Assembly (NCBI GenBank): GCA_051306175.1
Contig: JBPPMS010000127.1
Location: 4,276-68,275, forward strand
Length of the DNA: 64,000 nt
From: Mycobacterium sp.
GTDB taxonomy: Bacteria; Actinomycetota; Actinomycetes; Mycobacteriales; Mycobacteriaceae
Reading direction: 5' to 3'
In this document: one piece after another, positions 1 through 9,076 of the stretch
Position numbering within the stretch: the first letter of the stretch is position 1
Layout of the letters: every line of letters begins with the position of its first letter
The notes under the pieces: model-generated
What the model was told of the DNA's origin: nothing
The model's input: the letters and a program-made list of their open reading frames with translations, nothing else
Database searches by the model: none
Position numbers and translations under genes: made by a program

Positions 1-556
1 TGACGACGTTCCAGAAGGCCTTGACGTAGTCGGCCTTCACATTCTTGTACTGCAGGTAGAAGGCGTGCTCCCACATGTCGACCTGTAGCAGAGGGATGAT
101 GCCAAGCGGCACGTTGGCTTGCTGGTCATACAACTGGAAGGTCAGCAGGCGGTCGCCGAGGCTGTCGTAGCCGAACACCGCCCAGCCTGAGCCCTGCAAG
201 CCGTTGGCCGCAGCGGTGAACTGCGCCCGGAACTTGTCGAACGAGCCGAACGCGTCGTCGATGGCAGCGGCCAGGTCGCCCTCGGGCTTGTCGCCGCCGC
301 TGGGGGAGAGGTTCTTCCACCAGATGGAGTGGTTCACATGACCGCCGAGGTGGAAAGCGAGATTCTTCTCGTTGAGGAAGATCGCCGCGTGGTCCTCGTT
401 GGCGCGTGCCTCGTCCAACTTCGCAATGGCGTCGTTCAGGCCCTTGACGTAGGTGGCGTGGTGCTTGCTGTGATGCAACTCGTTGATCTGCCCCGAGATA
501 TGGGGCTCGAGAGCGCCGTAATCGTAATCGAGGTCGGGCAACGTGTATTCAGCCAC
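1..556 (-). CDS. sodA: Superoxide dismutase (Fe/Mn family); first 185 codons, C-terminus runs off the window edge
   Basis: Absent from the ORF track because there is no stop in the window. The reverse complement from GTG at 556 reads [39 protein letters not shown]...[20 protein letters not shown], a classic Fe/Mn-SOD sequence. GAAAGGAA Shine-Dalgarno lies upstream. Confidence 0.95.
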   Translation of the reverse strand, partial: MAEYTLPDLDYDYGALEPHISGQINELHHSKHHATYVKGLNDAIAKLDEARANEDHAAIFLNEKNLAFHLGGHVNHSIWWKNLSPSGGDKPEGDLAAAIDDAFGSFDKFRAQFTAAANGLQGSGWAVFGYDSLGDRLLTFQLYDQQANVPLGIIPLLQVDMWEHAFYLQYKNVKADYVKAFWNVV

Positions 557-1150
557 GAGTTTCCTTTCGGTCTGTTCTGCTCTGACATCCACTGCTACGA
601 ACGCGGCCATGCCCAGGGCTCGGCCTTCCTCAACATTGCTCCATGGACGAGCGCACCGCAAGGACGTCTACCTCAGGCGGGCGCGCAGCCAGCGTCAAGA
701 TTGCTTGCGACGAGATTTCAGGTCAGGACCATGAGCACGAGGACACCGAGCAGAACCAACGCGATGAGCGCGGCGCGAAGACACGCCATCAGCTGACTGC
801 GGTGGTAGATGTGCGACGAGCTGTTCCACTCAGACGAAGACGTCGCCGAGTCCGGTCCAAGGGGATGCGCGGGCATCAGTTCGCGGTCCCGAACAGCACG
901 ATCAACAAAACCCCCAGTGAGATCAATCACAAGTCCCATGTGTGAGCGCGATCATAGCTCGACTTGCACGGGCAGGGAAATCGGGATCTCGTCGCCATGA
1001 AATGGCCCGGGAAGCGGCCTCCGCACGTGAGTTCGCTCCCATCGTCGGGCCGTTGTTGATCACAGCGAGCGCCAGGCGACGCTTATCCACAGCGTTCGCC
1101 TGCCGCGCCTCGGTTATGACGTAAGTTGCGCTGCGGCGGGCCACTCGGCC

Positions 1151-1187
1151 TGTGGATGAATCTGTGGAAATTGTGGATAGTTGTGGG
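1151..1187. promoter_or_regulatory. Four phased direct repeats TGTGGA/TGTGGG (DnaA-box-like on the opposite strand) upstream of the rhodanese gene
   Basis: TGTGGA at 1151, 1163 and 1172 and TGTGGG at 1182, with spacing of 12, 9 and 10 nt. The reverse complements TCATCCACA and CTATCCACA are 8/9 matches to the E. coli DnaA box TTATCCACA. They lie 65-100 nt upstream of the ATG at 1253. Confidence 0.35.
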
Positions 1188-1252
1188 CGGCGGAGGATTG
1201 CTGGCGCCGCAGATTGGTGCGCGCGAGTCGACCGCGTGCCAGGATCGAGGCC

Positions 1253-1594
1253 ATGGACGACGATTCTGTTCCGCAGGTGGACGTCTCCGCACTGCCGACG
1301 GCCTTTGACGGCTCCGTCGTGCTTCTCGACGTCCGTGAGGACGACGAGTGGGAACGCGGCCACGCAGACGGCGCCCAACACATTCCGATGGGCGACGTCC
1401 CGGCACGCATCGCCGAGATCGATCCCGACGCCGAACTGTTCGTTATGTGCCACGCCGGCGGACGTTCCCAACGTGTGGCGCAGTACCTCGCCCGCAACGG
1501 CTACGAACCCCGAAACGTCAGCGGCGGCATCCTCGCCTGGGCGGGCACGGGTCGGCCGGTCGTGACCGACGGTGGGGCGCCAGGCACCGTCTGA
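1253..1594 (+). CDS. Single-domain rhodanese-like sulfurtransferase
   Basis: MDDDSVPQVDV...VLLDVREDDEWERGHADGAQHIPMGD...FVMCHAGGRSQRVAQYL contains the rhodanese active-site loop CHAGGRS. I chose the ATG at 1253, inside track ORF 1181..1594, because AGGATCGAGG precedes it. Confidence 0.85.
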   Translation: MDDDSVPQVDVSALPTAFDGSVVLLDVREDDEWERGHADGAQHIPMGDVPARIAEIDPDAELFVMCHAGGRSQRVAQYLARNGYEPRNVSGGILAWAGTGRPVVTDGGAPGTV

Positions 1595-1660
1595 GCACAC
1601 CGTGCGACGTCGCTACGCTGGTAGTCGATCAAGACGAGCGAATCGACGGGAGAAGTCCGA

Positions 1661-2737
1661 GTGATCCAGGTGTGTTCGCGGTGCGGGACGAGGTGGAACG
1701 TCCGCGACCGTCAACGCCTCTGGTGCCCGCGCTGTCAGGGCGCTCTCCTTCCGCCTGCGGAATCGCCACTGGCGGCTCAGCGTCCCGCTGAGCCCGCCGG
1801 TGATGCCCGCGGGCCAGCCGCTCCGACTGCGACAGCGACGCGGGCGCCCCAGGGCTTCCGGTGGATCGCGGTACGACCGGGGTCGGCACCGCCGCCGTTG
1901 CGCGGCCGCAGGATGCTCGGTCCCACCCCTCGCTACGCTACGATACCGCGCTGGGGTCTGCTGGACCCGGCGAGCACTCGCCGCGAGGACCAGAAGCCGC
2001 CGACACGACGGGGTCCGGCGGCCGGTCTGGTCCGCGTCACCCTGATCATCGCCGCCCTGGTGTTCGGGTTGGCGGCCCTGGTGTTCGCGGTTCGATACGC
2101 GGTGATGATGGTCAACCGGCTCAGGCTCATGCCACCGTTGGTCGCCGACTTGTCCACGTGGCTCGGTATCGCCTTCGCGGCGTTGGCCTTCGCCGTCGTA
2201 CCCACTGTGATCGTCACCGTCACCACGTGGCTGATTGGCCGCAGGGCGGCGGGATACGCACATCGTGGCCAGGAGGATCCTCGATCCAGGGCGTCCATCT
2301 GGGCAGGCTGCCTGGTGCCGTTCGGCAACCTCTTGTGGGCGCCGGTCTTCGTGATCGAGACGGCGGTCGAAGAAGGCCGGTACAGCAGGATGCGCAAGCT
2401 GATCATCGTCTGGTGGATCATGTGGGTGCTGAGCACCGCCGTCTCGTTGTTCGCCACCGCGACGGCGTTTCCCGACACCACGCAAGGCTTCGCCGACAAC
2501 ACACTGAGCACCACCATCGCGTATCTCTTCGCGCTCAGCGTGGTGGTACTGACCTATCGGGTGGTGATGGGCTTCGAGCGCACACCGGTGGAGCGGTCCG
2601 GCCGACGGTGGGTCGTGGTCACGGGCGGAGCCGACGATTCGGCCGCACGCAAAACGGCTGGCGAGGGGCGCGCGGGCGGAAATTCCGCTCCTGCGGTTGA
2701 GTCGGAAGGCCGGCAACCGGCAGCATTGGCGGTATGA
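1661..2737 (+). CDS. Conserved multi-pass membrane protein with an N-terminal zinc-ribbon-like CxxC...CxxC (Rv3843c-like position)
   Basis: The track ORF is 358 aa. The N-terminus reads CSRCGTRWNVRDRQRLWCPRC, followed by several hydrophobic helices. GC3 is high and the position matches Mtb synteny. Confidence 0.75.
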   Translation: MIQVCSRCGTRWNVRDRQRLWCPRCQGALLPPAESPLAAQRPAEPAGDARGPAAPTATATRAPQGFRWIAVRPGSAPPPLRGRRMLGPTPRYATIPRWGLLDPASTRREDQKPPTRRGPAAGLVRVTLIIAALVFGLAALVFAVRYAVMMVNRLRLMPPLVADLSTWLGIAFAALAFAVVPTVIVTVTTWLIGRRAAGYAHRGQEDPRSRASIWAGCLVPFGNLLWAPVFVIETAVEEGRYSRMRKLIIVWWIMWVLSTAVSLFATATAFPDTTQGFADNTLSTTIAYLFALSVVVLTYRVVMGFERTPVERSGRRWVVVTGGADDSAARKTAGEGRAGGNSAPAVESEGRQPAALAV

Positions 2738-3558
2738 ACCCCGCAGAAGGCGCTGCGAGCAGTCACCCGTTCGTCGTCGCCCACCGGGGAGCATCGGCAG
2801 AACGCCCGGAGCACACGCTGGCCGCATACGAGTTGGCGTTGCGGGAAGGCGCTGACGGTGTGGAGTGCGATGTGCGGCTCTCCCGCGACGGGCACCTCGT
2901 GTGCGTCCACGACCGCAAGGTCGACCGCACCTCTACCGGGACGGGGCTGGTGAGCGAGATGACGCTCGCCCAGCTCAAGGAGTTGGACTACGGCTCATGG
3001 CACGGCAGCTGGCGCGAGGACGGCGACAACGGCGAGACGGGGCTGTTGACGCTGGACGCGCTGGTCCGGCTGGTGCTCGACTGGAATCGGCCGGTGAAGG
3101 TGTTCATCGAGACCAAGCATCCGGTACGGTATGGCGCGCTGGTGGAGAGCAAGGTCCTGGCGCTGCTCCACCGCTACGGAATCGCATCCCCCGCGTCGGC
3201 GGACCTGTCGCGGGCGGTGGTCATGTCGTTCTCAGCCGCGGCGGTGTGGCGTATCCGCAGAGCTGCGCCAATGTTGCCGACGGTGTTGCTCGGTGAGACG
3301 TCGCGGTATCTGGGCGGCAGCGCGGCGACGACGGTCGGCGCCACCGCGGTGGGGCCGTCGATTACCACGTTGCGCGAGCACCCCGAACTGGTCGACCGCG
3401 CCGCAGCCCAGGGCAGGGCCCTGTACTGCTGGACGGTCGACCACTTCGAGGACGTCGGCTTCTGCCGGGATGTGGGGGTGGCGTGGATCGCCACCAACCA
3501 CCCGGGCAGAACGAAAGGGTGGTTGCAGGACGGCCTGACGGGAGCGGGTCGCGACTGA
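2734..3558 (+). CDS. glpQ: Glycerophosphodiester phosphodiesterase
   Basis: HPFVVAHRGASAERPEHTLAAYELALREGADGVECDVRLSRDGHLVCVHD is the GDPD-family catalytic N-terminus. It overlaps the upstream gene by 4 nt. Confidence 0.9.
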   Translation: MNPAEGAASSHPFVVAHRGASAERPEHTLAAYELALREGADGVECDVRLSRDGHLVCVHDRKVDRTSTGTGLVSEMTLAQLKELDYGSWHGSWREDGDNGETGLLTLDALVRLVLDWNRPVKVFIETKHPVRYGALVESKVLALLHRYGIASPASADLSRAVVMSFSAAAVWRIRRAAPMLPTVLLGETSRYLGGSAATTVGATAVGPSITTLREHPELVDRAAAQGRALYCWTVDHFEDVGFCRDVGVAWIATNHPGRTKGWLQDGLTGAGRD

Positions 3559-3579
3559 CTGCTAGCTAGAGGTAAGAGG

Positions 3580-4125
3580 TCAGAGGTGTCCGCCCGCTGC
3601 GCCGGGCGCTCCGGTTTCACGCTGGGGGCCGCTGATTTCCCTGGCGATGAACTCCTCGAGATCGAACAGGTTGGCGCCTGCGCGCTCGGCTACCCTCAGC
3701 AGGGTGGTCATCAAGGCGACCTCTTCCACCTGCTCCTTGAGGAACCACTGCATGAACTGCTCACCGAGGTAGTCCACTTCGTCGCGGGCCGTGGCGGCAA
3801 GCCGCGTGATCTGGTCGGTGACAGCGCGTTCCTGCTGCAGCGCCATCTTGAGTGCATCGGTGGGCGTGTCGAAGGAGTTGCGCACGGCGTCGATGCCGGG
3901 GATCTCGACGTGGATGTCACGATCGAGCAGGTACCGGACCAGCATCATGGCGTGATTGCGCTCTTCGACCGCCTGCGCATAGAAGTGCCCAGCCAGCTGC
4001 GGAAGGTCGGCGCCGTCGAAGTAAACCGCCATTGCAAGGTATTGCTGCTGGGCGGTGAATTCGTTGCGGATTTGCTCGTGCAGGAGGCTCATGAATTTCG
4101 TCTTTTGATTATCGTTCTCGCTCAT
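3580..4125 (-). CDS. bfrB: Ferritin (bacterioferritin B)
   Basis: MSENDNQKTKFMSLLHEQIRNEFTAQQQYLAMAVYFDGADLPQLAGHFYAQAVEERNHAMMLVRYL shows ferritin ferroxidase-centre residues. The ATG at 4125 lies inside track ORF 3580..4155. Its orientation opposite to its neighbours matches Mtb Rv3841. Confidence 0.92.
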   Translation of the reverse strand: MSENDNQKTKFMSLLHEQIRNEFTAQQQYLAMAVYFDGADLPQLAGHFYAQAVEERNHAMMLVRYLLDRDIHVEIPGIDAVRNSFDTPTDALKMALQQERAVTDQITRLAATARDEVDYLGEQFMQWFLKEQVEEVALMTTLLRVAERAGANLFDLEEFIAREISGPQRETGAPGAAGGHL

Positions 4126-4163
4126 GACGCCCACAATATCCGTGCTCAGAGGCACTTCTCAAC

Positions 4164-4216
4164 GTAGGTTCGCCTTAATCAGCTGAGCTTTGCCTTACTG
4201 AGTTAGCCTAATTTAA
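4164..4216. promoter_or_regulatory. Cluster of IdeR iron-box-like sites in the bfrB promoter
   Basis: Scored against TWAGGTWAGSCTWACCTWA: GTAGGTTCGCCTTAATCAG (4164-4182) 13/19, TGAGCTTTGCCTTACTGAG (4184-4202) 13/19, CTGAGTTAGCCTAATTTAA (4198-4216) 14/19. This is the most AT-rich stretch locally and lies 40-90 nt upstream of the bfrB start. Mtb bfrB is known to be activated through tandem IdeR boxes. Confidence 0.45.
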
Positions 4217-4431
4217 GTTCTGCTCAGATGGCATTAGCAAGCGTGTTAAACCCCGCCACCGGGGCGCCGGGCAGAGCATTGGGATCTGGCTAAAACCGAC
4301 GTGAGCTCCCTGGCCACGAAGTTCTCCGCGGAACAGGGTGCCGTCCGCGCGGTCGACGACGGTGAGCAGGGTGCACATGCTGGCCCCTTCCTCGGCCTTT
4401 CGGTGCGCAACCAGTGTCTCCGGCGGGGGTG

Positions 4432-5658
4432 TCACGGTGCCGCGTCGAGCACATCCTGAGGCACCGCTGAGTCCGACGCCAGCGCGTCGAACAGCCGCGC
4501 CGAGGCCTCCGAATCCCACTCCACCACCGACCCCGAGCCGTTGTCGAGGTAGCCGGAGATCGGAACCGTCGTCGTGGTCATATCGCCGTGCATGGCCAGG
4601 CCTAGTCGCGCCAGATCCCAGATGTGGGCGTCGTCGTCGACCGACAGCGCATCGAGTCCACTGCGGGTGAGCCCGTACCAGCGCAGCGGGTTGAGCCAGA
4701 CGGCCGGACTGGTCACGCGTTTCACCAGCGCCGAGACGAACGCGCGCTGGTTCACCATGCGGTCCAGATCAGCCCGCGCCGTGGCGCGGCTGCGCACATA
4801 ACCCAGTGCCGCGGCACCACCGAGCTCCTGGCAGCCGGGCGTCAGGTTGATGCCGGCCAGTGGATCGTCGACCGGCGCAGCGAGGCACATCGGCACGCCC
4901 CCGACCGCGTCGACCACCTCGGCGAAACCACCGAACCCGACCTCGGCGTAATGGTCGAGGCGAAGGCCGGTGGCCTGCTCGACGGTCTGCGCCAACAACG
5001 GAGCGCCGCCGAGTGAGTAGGCCGTGTTGATCTTGTCGCTGCTATAGCCGGGGATCTCGACGTAGGAATCCCGGGGGATGGAGACCATCGTGGCCGGCGC
5101 GCTGGATCCCACGCCGGGAACGTGGACCAGCAACATCGTGTCGGTCCGATTGCCGTCGACGTCGCTTCCGGTGCTGAGCTCGGCCTGCTGCTCCGCGCTG
5201 AGCGATTGCCTGCTGTCCGAACCGACGAGCAGCCACGTGGTTCCGCGCCCCGCCGCGGGCCGGTCAGCCTCAGCCCCGAAAACCGTGATACGCCGCAGCG
5301 ACGTGTCGACCCACACGCCGAAACCGACCGCGCCGGCGACCAACACTAGAAGCAGGGCAAGCACCACGCGACTCCGGCGACGTCGACGCTTGGTTGTGGG
5401 CGCGGCCGGGGGCGGGGGCCAGGGTGGCACCGATTGGCGTGCCTGTGATTGGTACCGCGGGGCCGGCGGTCGACGTGGCGGTGCGGGCGGCTGACGGCGT
5501 GGAAATTCGCGGGTGGGCGGTAGGCGCTGCCGCGTCTGGGGCGGGCGCGGCTGCTGCGGTGCACGGGGAATAGCGTTCGGAGGCAGAGCGGGAGGTGTCC
5601 CTGGGACGGGGCCGCGCCGGATGATCTGCGGCGGCTCGCGAGGAGGGATCTGACTCAC
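4432..5658 (-). CDS. LytR-CpsA-Psr (LCP) family cell-wall glycopolymer ligase with a Pro-rich N-terminal tail and one TM helix
   Basis: TWLLVGSDSR...RTDTMLLVHVP...SIPRDSYVEIPGY..DKINTAYSLGG are LCP-domain motifs. A TM segment VVLALLLVLVAGAVGFGVWV precedes the domain. Confidence 0.88.
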   Translation of the reverse strand: MSQIPPREPPQIIRRGPVPGTPPALPPNAIPRAPQQPRPPQTRQRLPPTREFPRRQPPAPPRRPPAPRYQSQARQSVPPWPPPPAAPTTKRRRRRSRVVLALLLVLVAGAVGFGVWVDTSLRRITVFGAEADRPAAGRGTTWLLVGSDSRQSLSAEQQAELSTGSDVDGNRTDTMLLVHVPGVGSSAPATMVSIPRDSYVEIPGYSSDKINTAYSLGGAPLLAQTVEQATGLRLDHYAEVGFGGFAEVVDAVGGVPMCLAAPVDDPLAGINLTPGCQELGGAAALGYVRSRATARADLDRMVNQRAFVSALVKRVTSPAVWLNPLRWYGLTRSGLDALSVDDDAHIWDLARLGLAMHGDMTTTTVPISGYLDNGSGSVVEWDSEASARLFDALASDSAVPQDVLDAAP

Positions 5659-5692
5659 CCATCGAATGTACGTGGCCCGAAGCCGGTGAGCC

Positions 5693-6481
5693 CTATGGCA
5701 GCCAGCCCAGATGCCGGGCCAGCAGCGCGTAGCCGACGAACGCCACGACGTCGATGAGTCCGTGCGCTATCACCAGCGGCCACAGCCTCTGGTAGCGCTG
5801 CCAGGTGTACCCGAACACCAATCCCATCACGATATTGCCTAGCCCCGCGCCGAAACCCTGGTACAGGTGATAAGCGCCGCGCAGCAGGCTGGTGGCCACC
5901 AGCGCCACCCACGGGTTGACGTTCAGCTGGCGGAGCCGCGTCAGCAGGTAGCCGACGACAATCACCTCCTCGGCCCAGCCGTTGGCGACGGCGGCGATGA
6001 TGAGCACGGGAACGCGCCACCAGGTGTCATCGAGGGCGGACGGCACCACCGAGACGTTCATGCCGAGCAGCCGGGCGATCAGGTAGAGGCCGAGCCCAGG
6101 GATGCCGATCAGGGCGGCCAGGCCCAAGCCGCCGAAGAGGTCGCGCGAAGTCATCCTGCCCAGCCCCACGACGCGTGCGGGGATGCCGCTTCGGATCAGC
6201 AGGTACACCGCCAGCGCACCCCAGGCGATCAGCTGGATGATCGACGCGAGATTGAGTCCGAGGTCGATCAGGTCGAACTGAGACCGGCTGGGGTTCAGCG
6301 CGACGGTCTGCGAGGCCAGGCCGCGCAGCGCGGCGTCGATCAGGCGCAGGGTGGCGGTGTAGGCGCTGAGCCCGAACGTCGCCGCAAGGACGATGACGAT
6401 CTCGGTGCGGTAGTTACGACGTTGGTGGGCTGTCAGGGTGCCATCCGGCAGGTCACTGTCTCCGCCGCTCACCGCCACCAC
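5693..6481 (-). CDS. CPBP-family intramembrane glutamic endopeptidase (CAAX protease-like)
   Basis: The protein is polytopic. WAEEVIVVGYLLTR (EExxxR), RGAYHLYQG (FxxxH-like) and AHGLIDV are the CPBP motifs. Confidence 0.85.
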   Translation of the reverse strand: MVAVSGGDSDLPDGTLTAHQRRNYRTEIVIVLAATFGLSAYTATLRLIDAALRGLASQTVALNPSRSQFDLIDLGLNLASIIQLIAWGALAVYLLIRSGIPARVVGLGRMTSRDLFGGLGLAALIGIPGLGLYLIARLLGMNVSVVPSALDDTWWRVPVLIIAAVANGWAEEVIVVGYLLTRLRQLNVNPWVALVATSLLRGAYHLYQGFGAGLGNIVMGLVFGYTWQRYQRLWPLVIAHGLIDVVAFVGYALLARHLGWLP

Positions 6482-6500
6482 GGTAGCGGCGGAGGATCGG

Positions 6501-7298
6501 TCAGATGTATCGGGCGCGCAGCCCGTTCAGAAAGGGGCAGCCGATCAGGACACGAATCGCCTGAGACAGCCCGGTGACGTCGTCGACCGGCTTGGCGAAG
6601 GACAGCCGCACGTCGTGGTCGCCTTCGTCATCCTCGACGCGCAGGCGCACGCCGTAGCGGTCCAGGCCGAGGGGGCGGACATTGCCGCGGCGCAGCGGAG
6701 CGGGCAGCCGCGCGGCGAGCCGATCGACGAGATCCTGGTGATCGGAGTCGATGTGTTGCAGCCAGCAGGATTCCAGCGCGCAGAACGGGTCGGGACGCGC
6801 CGCCAGCAGCGTGCTGACACCCACCGCTTCGGCGCCGGTGGAATCGGCGACGACGACCGATGCGATCTCTAGGCGCAGCAGCGTCAGGGGCGCGTCGTCC
6901 GACGTCCGGCTCGCGTTGGTCTCGACCGACAGCAGAGCCGGATTGGGGTCGTCGGCGGCGATGAGGTCGAGGAGTTCGGGCACGTCGGCCGACGCCACCT
7001 GTTGTAGCAGGCCACGGATCCACACCAGGGAGCGCACCGGTTCGCGCAGCGGCAGCGGTGCGTAGTCGGTGATTTCGAGAACGGCCTGGACGCCACCTGC
7101 CCCCGCCGCCAACACCCTGGCAGGCACCATGCCGTCGCTGGGTGCCGTCACCGCGAACGATCCGTCACCCAGCAGATGATGCACGGACGTCGGGTAGGGT
7201 TCGCCGCCTTCTGCCGCCAGCATCGCCCCGCCGGCACGTGCACAGGCACTGCGGATCCGTTCGGCAGTAGTCGGCGCAGTAGTTGCTACAGCAGCCAT
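6501..7298 (-). CDS. Conserved hypothetical protein, DUF2470/PPOX-split-barrel-like (Rv3839-like position); putatively iron-regulated
   Basis: The track ORF is 265 aa with high GC3 and starts at the ATG at 7298. The functional label is only a weak recollection of the family. A strong IdeR box lies 23 nt upstream. Confidence 0.7.
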   Translation of the reverse strand: MAAVATTAPTTAERIRSACARAGGAMLAAEGGEPYPTSVHHLLGDGSFAVTAPSDGMVPARVLAAGAGGVQAVLEITDYAPLPLREPVRSLVWIRGLLQQVASADVPELLDLIAADDPNPALLSVETNASRTSDDAPLTLLRLEIASVVVADSTGAEAVGVSTLLAARPDPFCALESCWLQHIDSDHQDLVDRLAARLPAPLRRGNVRPLGLDRYGVRLRVEDDEGDHDVRLSFAKPVDDVTGLSQAIRVLIGCPFLNGLRARYI

Positions 7299-7320
7299 CG
7301 AGAACCTTCCGATCTAAAAA

Positions 7321-7339
7321 TGAGGTAAGGCTCACTTAA
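7321..7339. promoter_or_regulatory. IdeR iron box in the divergent promoter region between the DUF2470-like gene and pheA
   Basis: TGAGGTAAGGCTCACTTAA matches TWAGGTWAGSCTWACCTWA at 16/19 positions. It sits in an AT-rich intergenic island. Confidence 0.6.
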
Positions 7340-7405
7340 CTACTGAGTGCGGCCGCGCGCAAGCCTTTCGTACAGTGACCGTCATTGCCGAACCGATAGG
7401 GTCTA

Positions 7406-8389
7406 GTGGTGGCGCGTATCGCGTATCTCGGTCCGGAGGGGACATTCACCGAAGCGGCTTTGATCCAGATGGCAGCCGCCGGAATGGTTCCCGGACGGCC
7501 TGCGTGCACCGACTTCGTGCAGCCCGTGCCCACCGAGAGCGCGGCGGCGGCGTTGCAGGCGATCCGCGCCGACACCGCCGACTACGCGTGTGTCCCGATC
7601 GAGAATTCGATCGATGGATCAATATTGCCGACGCTCGACAGCCTGGCTGCAGGCACTCCGCTGCAGGTGTTCGCCGAGCTGACTCTCGACGTCGATTTCG
7701 CGGTCGTCGTCGCGGCGGGCCTTGGCGCAGACGACGTCCGAACGGTGGCCGCGTTTCCGGTGGCCGCTGCCCAGGTGCGCCGATGGTTGGCCGAGAACCT
7801 CCCTGACGCCGCACTGGTGCCCGCCATCTCCAATGCGGCCGCTGCGCGAGATGTCGCCGACGGCCGGGTTGACGCGGGCATCAGCACATCGCTTGCGGCC
7901 AAGCGGTACGGGTTGGCGACCCTGGCCGACGGTGTGGTCGACGAGGTCAACGCCCGCACCAGGTTCGTTCTGGTGGGGCACCCTGCGGCGCCGCCGCAGC
8001 GCACCGGGGCCGACCGCACCTCGGTGGTGCTGCGCATCGACAACTCCCCTGGAGCGCTGGTGGCCACGCTGACGGAATTCGGGGTCCGCGATATCGGCCT
8101 CACCAGGATCGAATCCCGACCCACCAGGACCGAGCTGGGCGAGTACCGGTTCTTTCTGGATTGTGAGGGTCACGTCGACGACGATTCGGTCGCCGAGGCA
8201 CTCAAGGCGCTCCATCGTCGTTGTGAGGATGTGCGATATCTCGGTTCATGGCCGACGGGGTCGGTCGCAGGTGCGAATCCACCGGCAGGAAAAGACGTGA
8301 CAGGACGGACGACCAAGCGCTGGGACGACGCGGCGCACTGGCTGGAGGCGCTGCGCCACGGGGTGCCGAACGGGAAGGAGACGCGATGA
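7406..8389 (+). CDS. pheA: Prephenate dehydratase
   Basis: MVARIAYLGPEGTFTEAAL...ENSIDGS...TRFVLVG...TSVVLRIDNSPGALV...GLTRIESRPTR shows a PDT domain plus an ACT domain. Confidence 0.93.
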   Translation: MVARIAYLGPEGTFTEAALIQMAAAGMVPGRPACTDFVQPVPTESAAAALQAIRADTADYACVPIENSIDGSILPTLDSLAAGTPLQVFAELTLDVDFAVVVAAGLGADDVRTVAAFPVAAAQVRRWLAENLPDAALVPAISNAAAARDVADGRVDAGISTSLAAKRYGLATLADGVVDEVNARTRFVLVGHPAAPPQRTGADRTSVVLRIDNSPGALVATLTEFGVRDIGLTRIESRPTRTELGEYRFFLDCEGHVDDDSVAEALKALHRRCEDVRYLGSWPTGSVAGANPPAGKDVTGRTTKRWDDAAHWLEALRHGVPNGKETR

Positions 8390-9072
8390 GCGGCAGGCTC
8401 ATCCTGGTGCGACACGGCCAGTCGCACGCCAATGTCGAACGCCGTCTCGACACCCGCCCGCCCGGCGCCGATCTCACCGAGCTCGGAATCGAGCAGGCGC
8501 GTGCGTTCGCCGGCGCGCACGCGGCGCCGATCGGCTTGATTGCGCACTCGGTAGCCGCGCGGGCCACGCAGACGGCCGCTGCGATCGGCACCCATCTCGA
8601 CATGGCCACCCTGGAGGTCCAAGGGATCCACGAAGTGCAGGTCGGCGACTTAGAAAACCGCAAAGACGAGGCCGCCGTCGCGGAGTTCGAGCGGATCTAT
8701 CAACGGTGGCACGAGGGAGCGCTCGACGAGCGCATGCCCGGCGGCGAGAGCGGCACCGACTTGTTGGAGCGGTATCTGCCCGTGGTCAACGAGATCCGGT
8801 TGCGTCACCTGGACGATCAGGACTGGGGCCGGGACATCGTGGTCGTCAGCCACGGCGCCGCGATCAGATTGGTGGGGGCCACCCTCGCAGGCGTCGACGG
8901 CAGCTTCGCGCTCGATCACCACCTGGCCAATACGGAAGCCGTGACGCTGGCGCCGACCACCGACGGCAGGTGGAGCTGCCTACAGTGGGGCGCACTTACC
9001 CCGCCGTTCTTTGCGCAGCCGGACGTCGATCCGGTGCAGGAGGCGCTGGAGTCGGCCGACCCGATGGGCTGA
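8386..9072 (+). CDS. Histidine phosphatase / phosphoglycerate mutase family protein (Rv3837c-like)
   Basis: MSGRLILVRHGQSHANV carries the RHG catalytic motif. Its ATG overlaps the pheA stop (ATGA) at 8386-8389. Confidence 0.9.
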   Translation: MSGRLILVRHGQSHANVERRLDTRPPGADLTELGIEQARAFAGAHAAPIGLIAHSVAARATQTAAAIGTHLDMATLEVQGIHEVQVGDLENRKDEAAVAEFERIYQRWHEGALDERMPGGESGTDLLERYLPVVNEIRLRHLDDQDWGRDIVVVSHGAAIRLVGATLAGVDGSFALDHHLANTEAVTLAPTTDGRWSCLQWGALTPPFFAQPDVDPVQEALESADPMG

Positions 9073-9076
9073 CGCG

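Noticed and set aside
1613-2827. 404-aa minus-strand ORF
   Set aside because: It is antisense to the membrane protein gene 1661..2737 and the start of glpQ. The sequence is low-complexity and R-rich.
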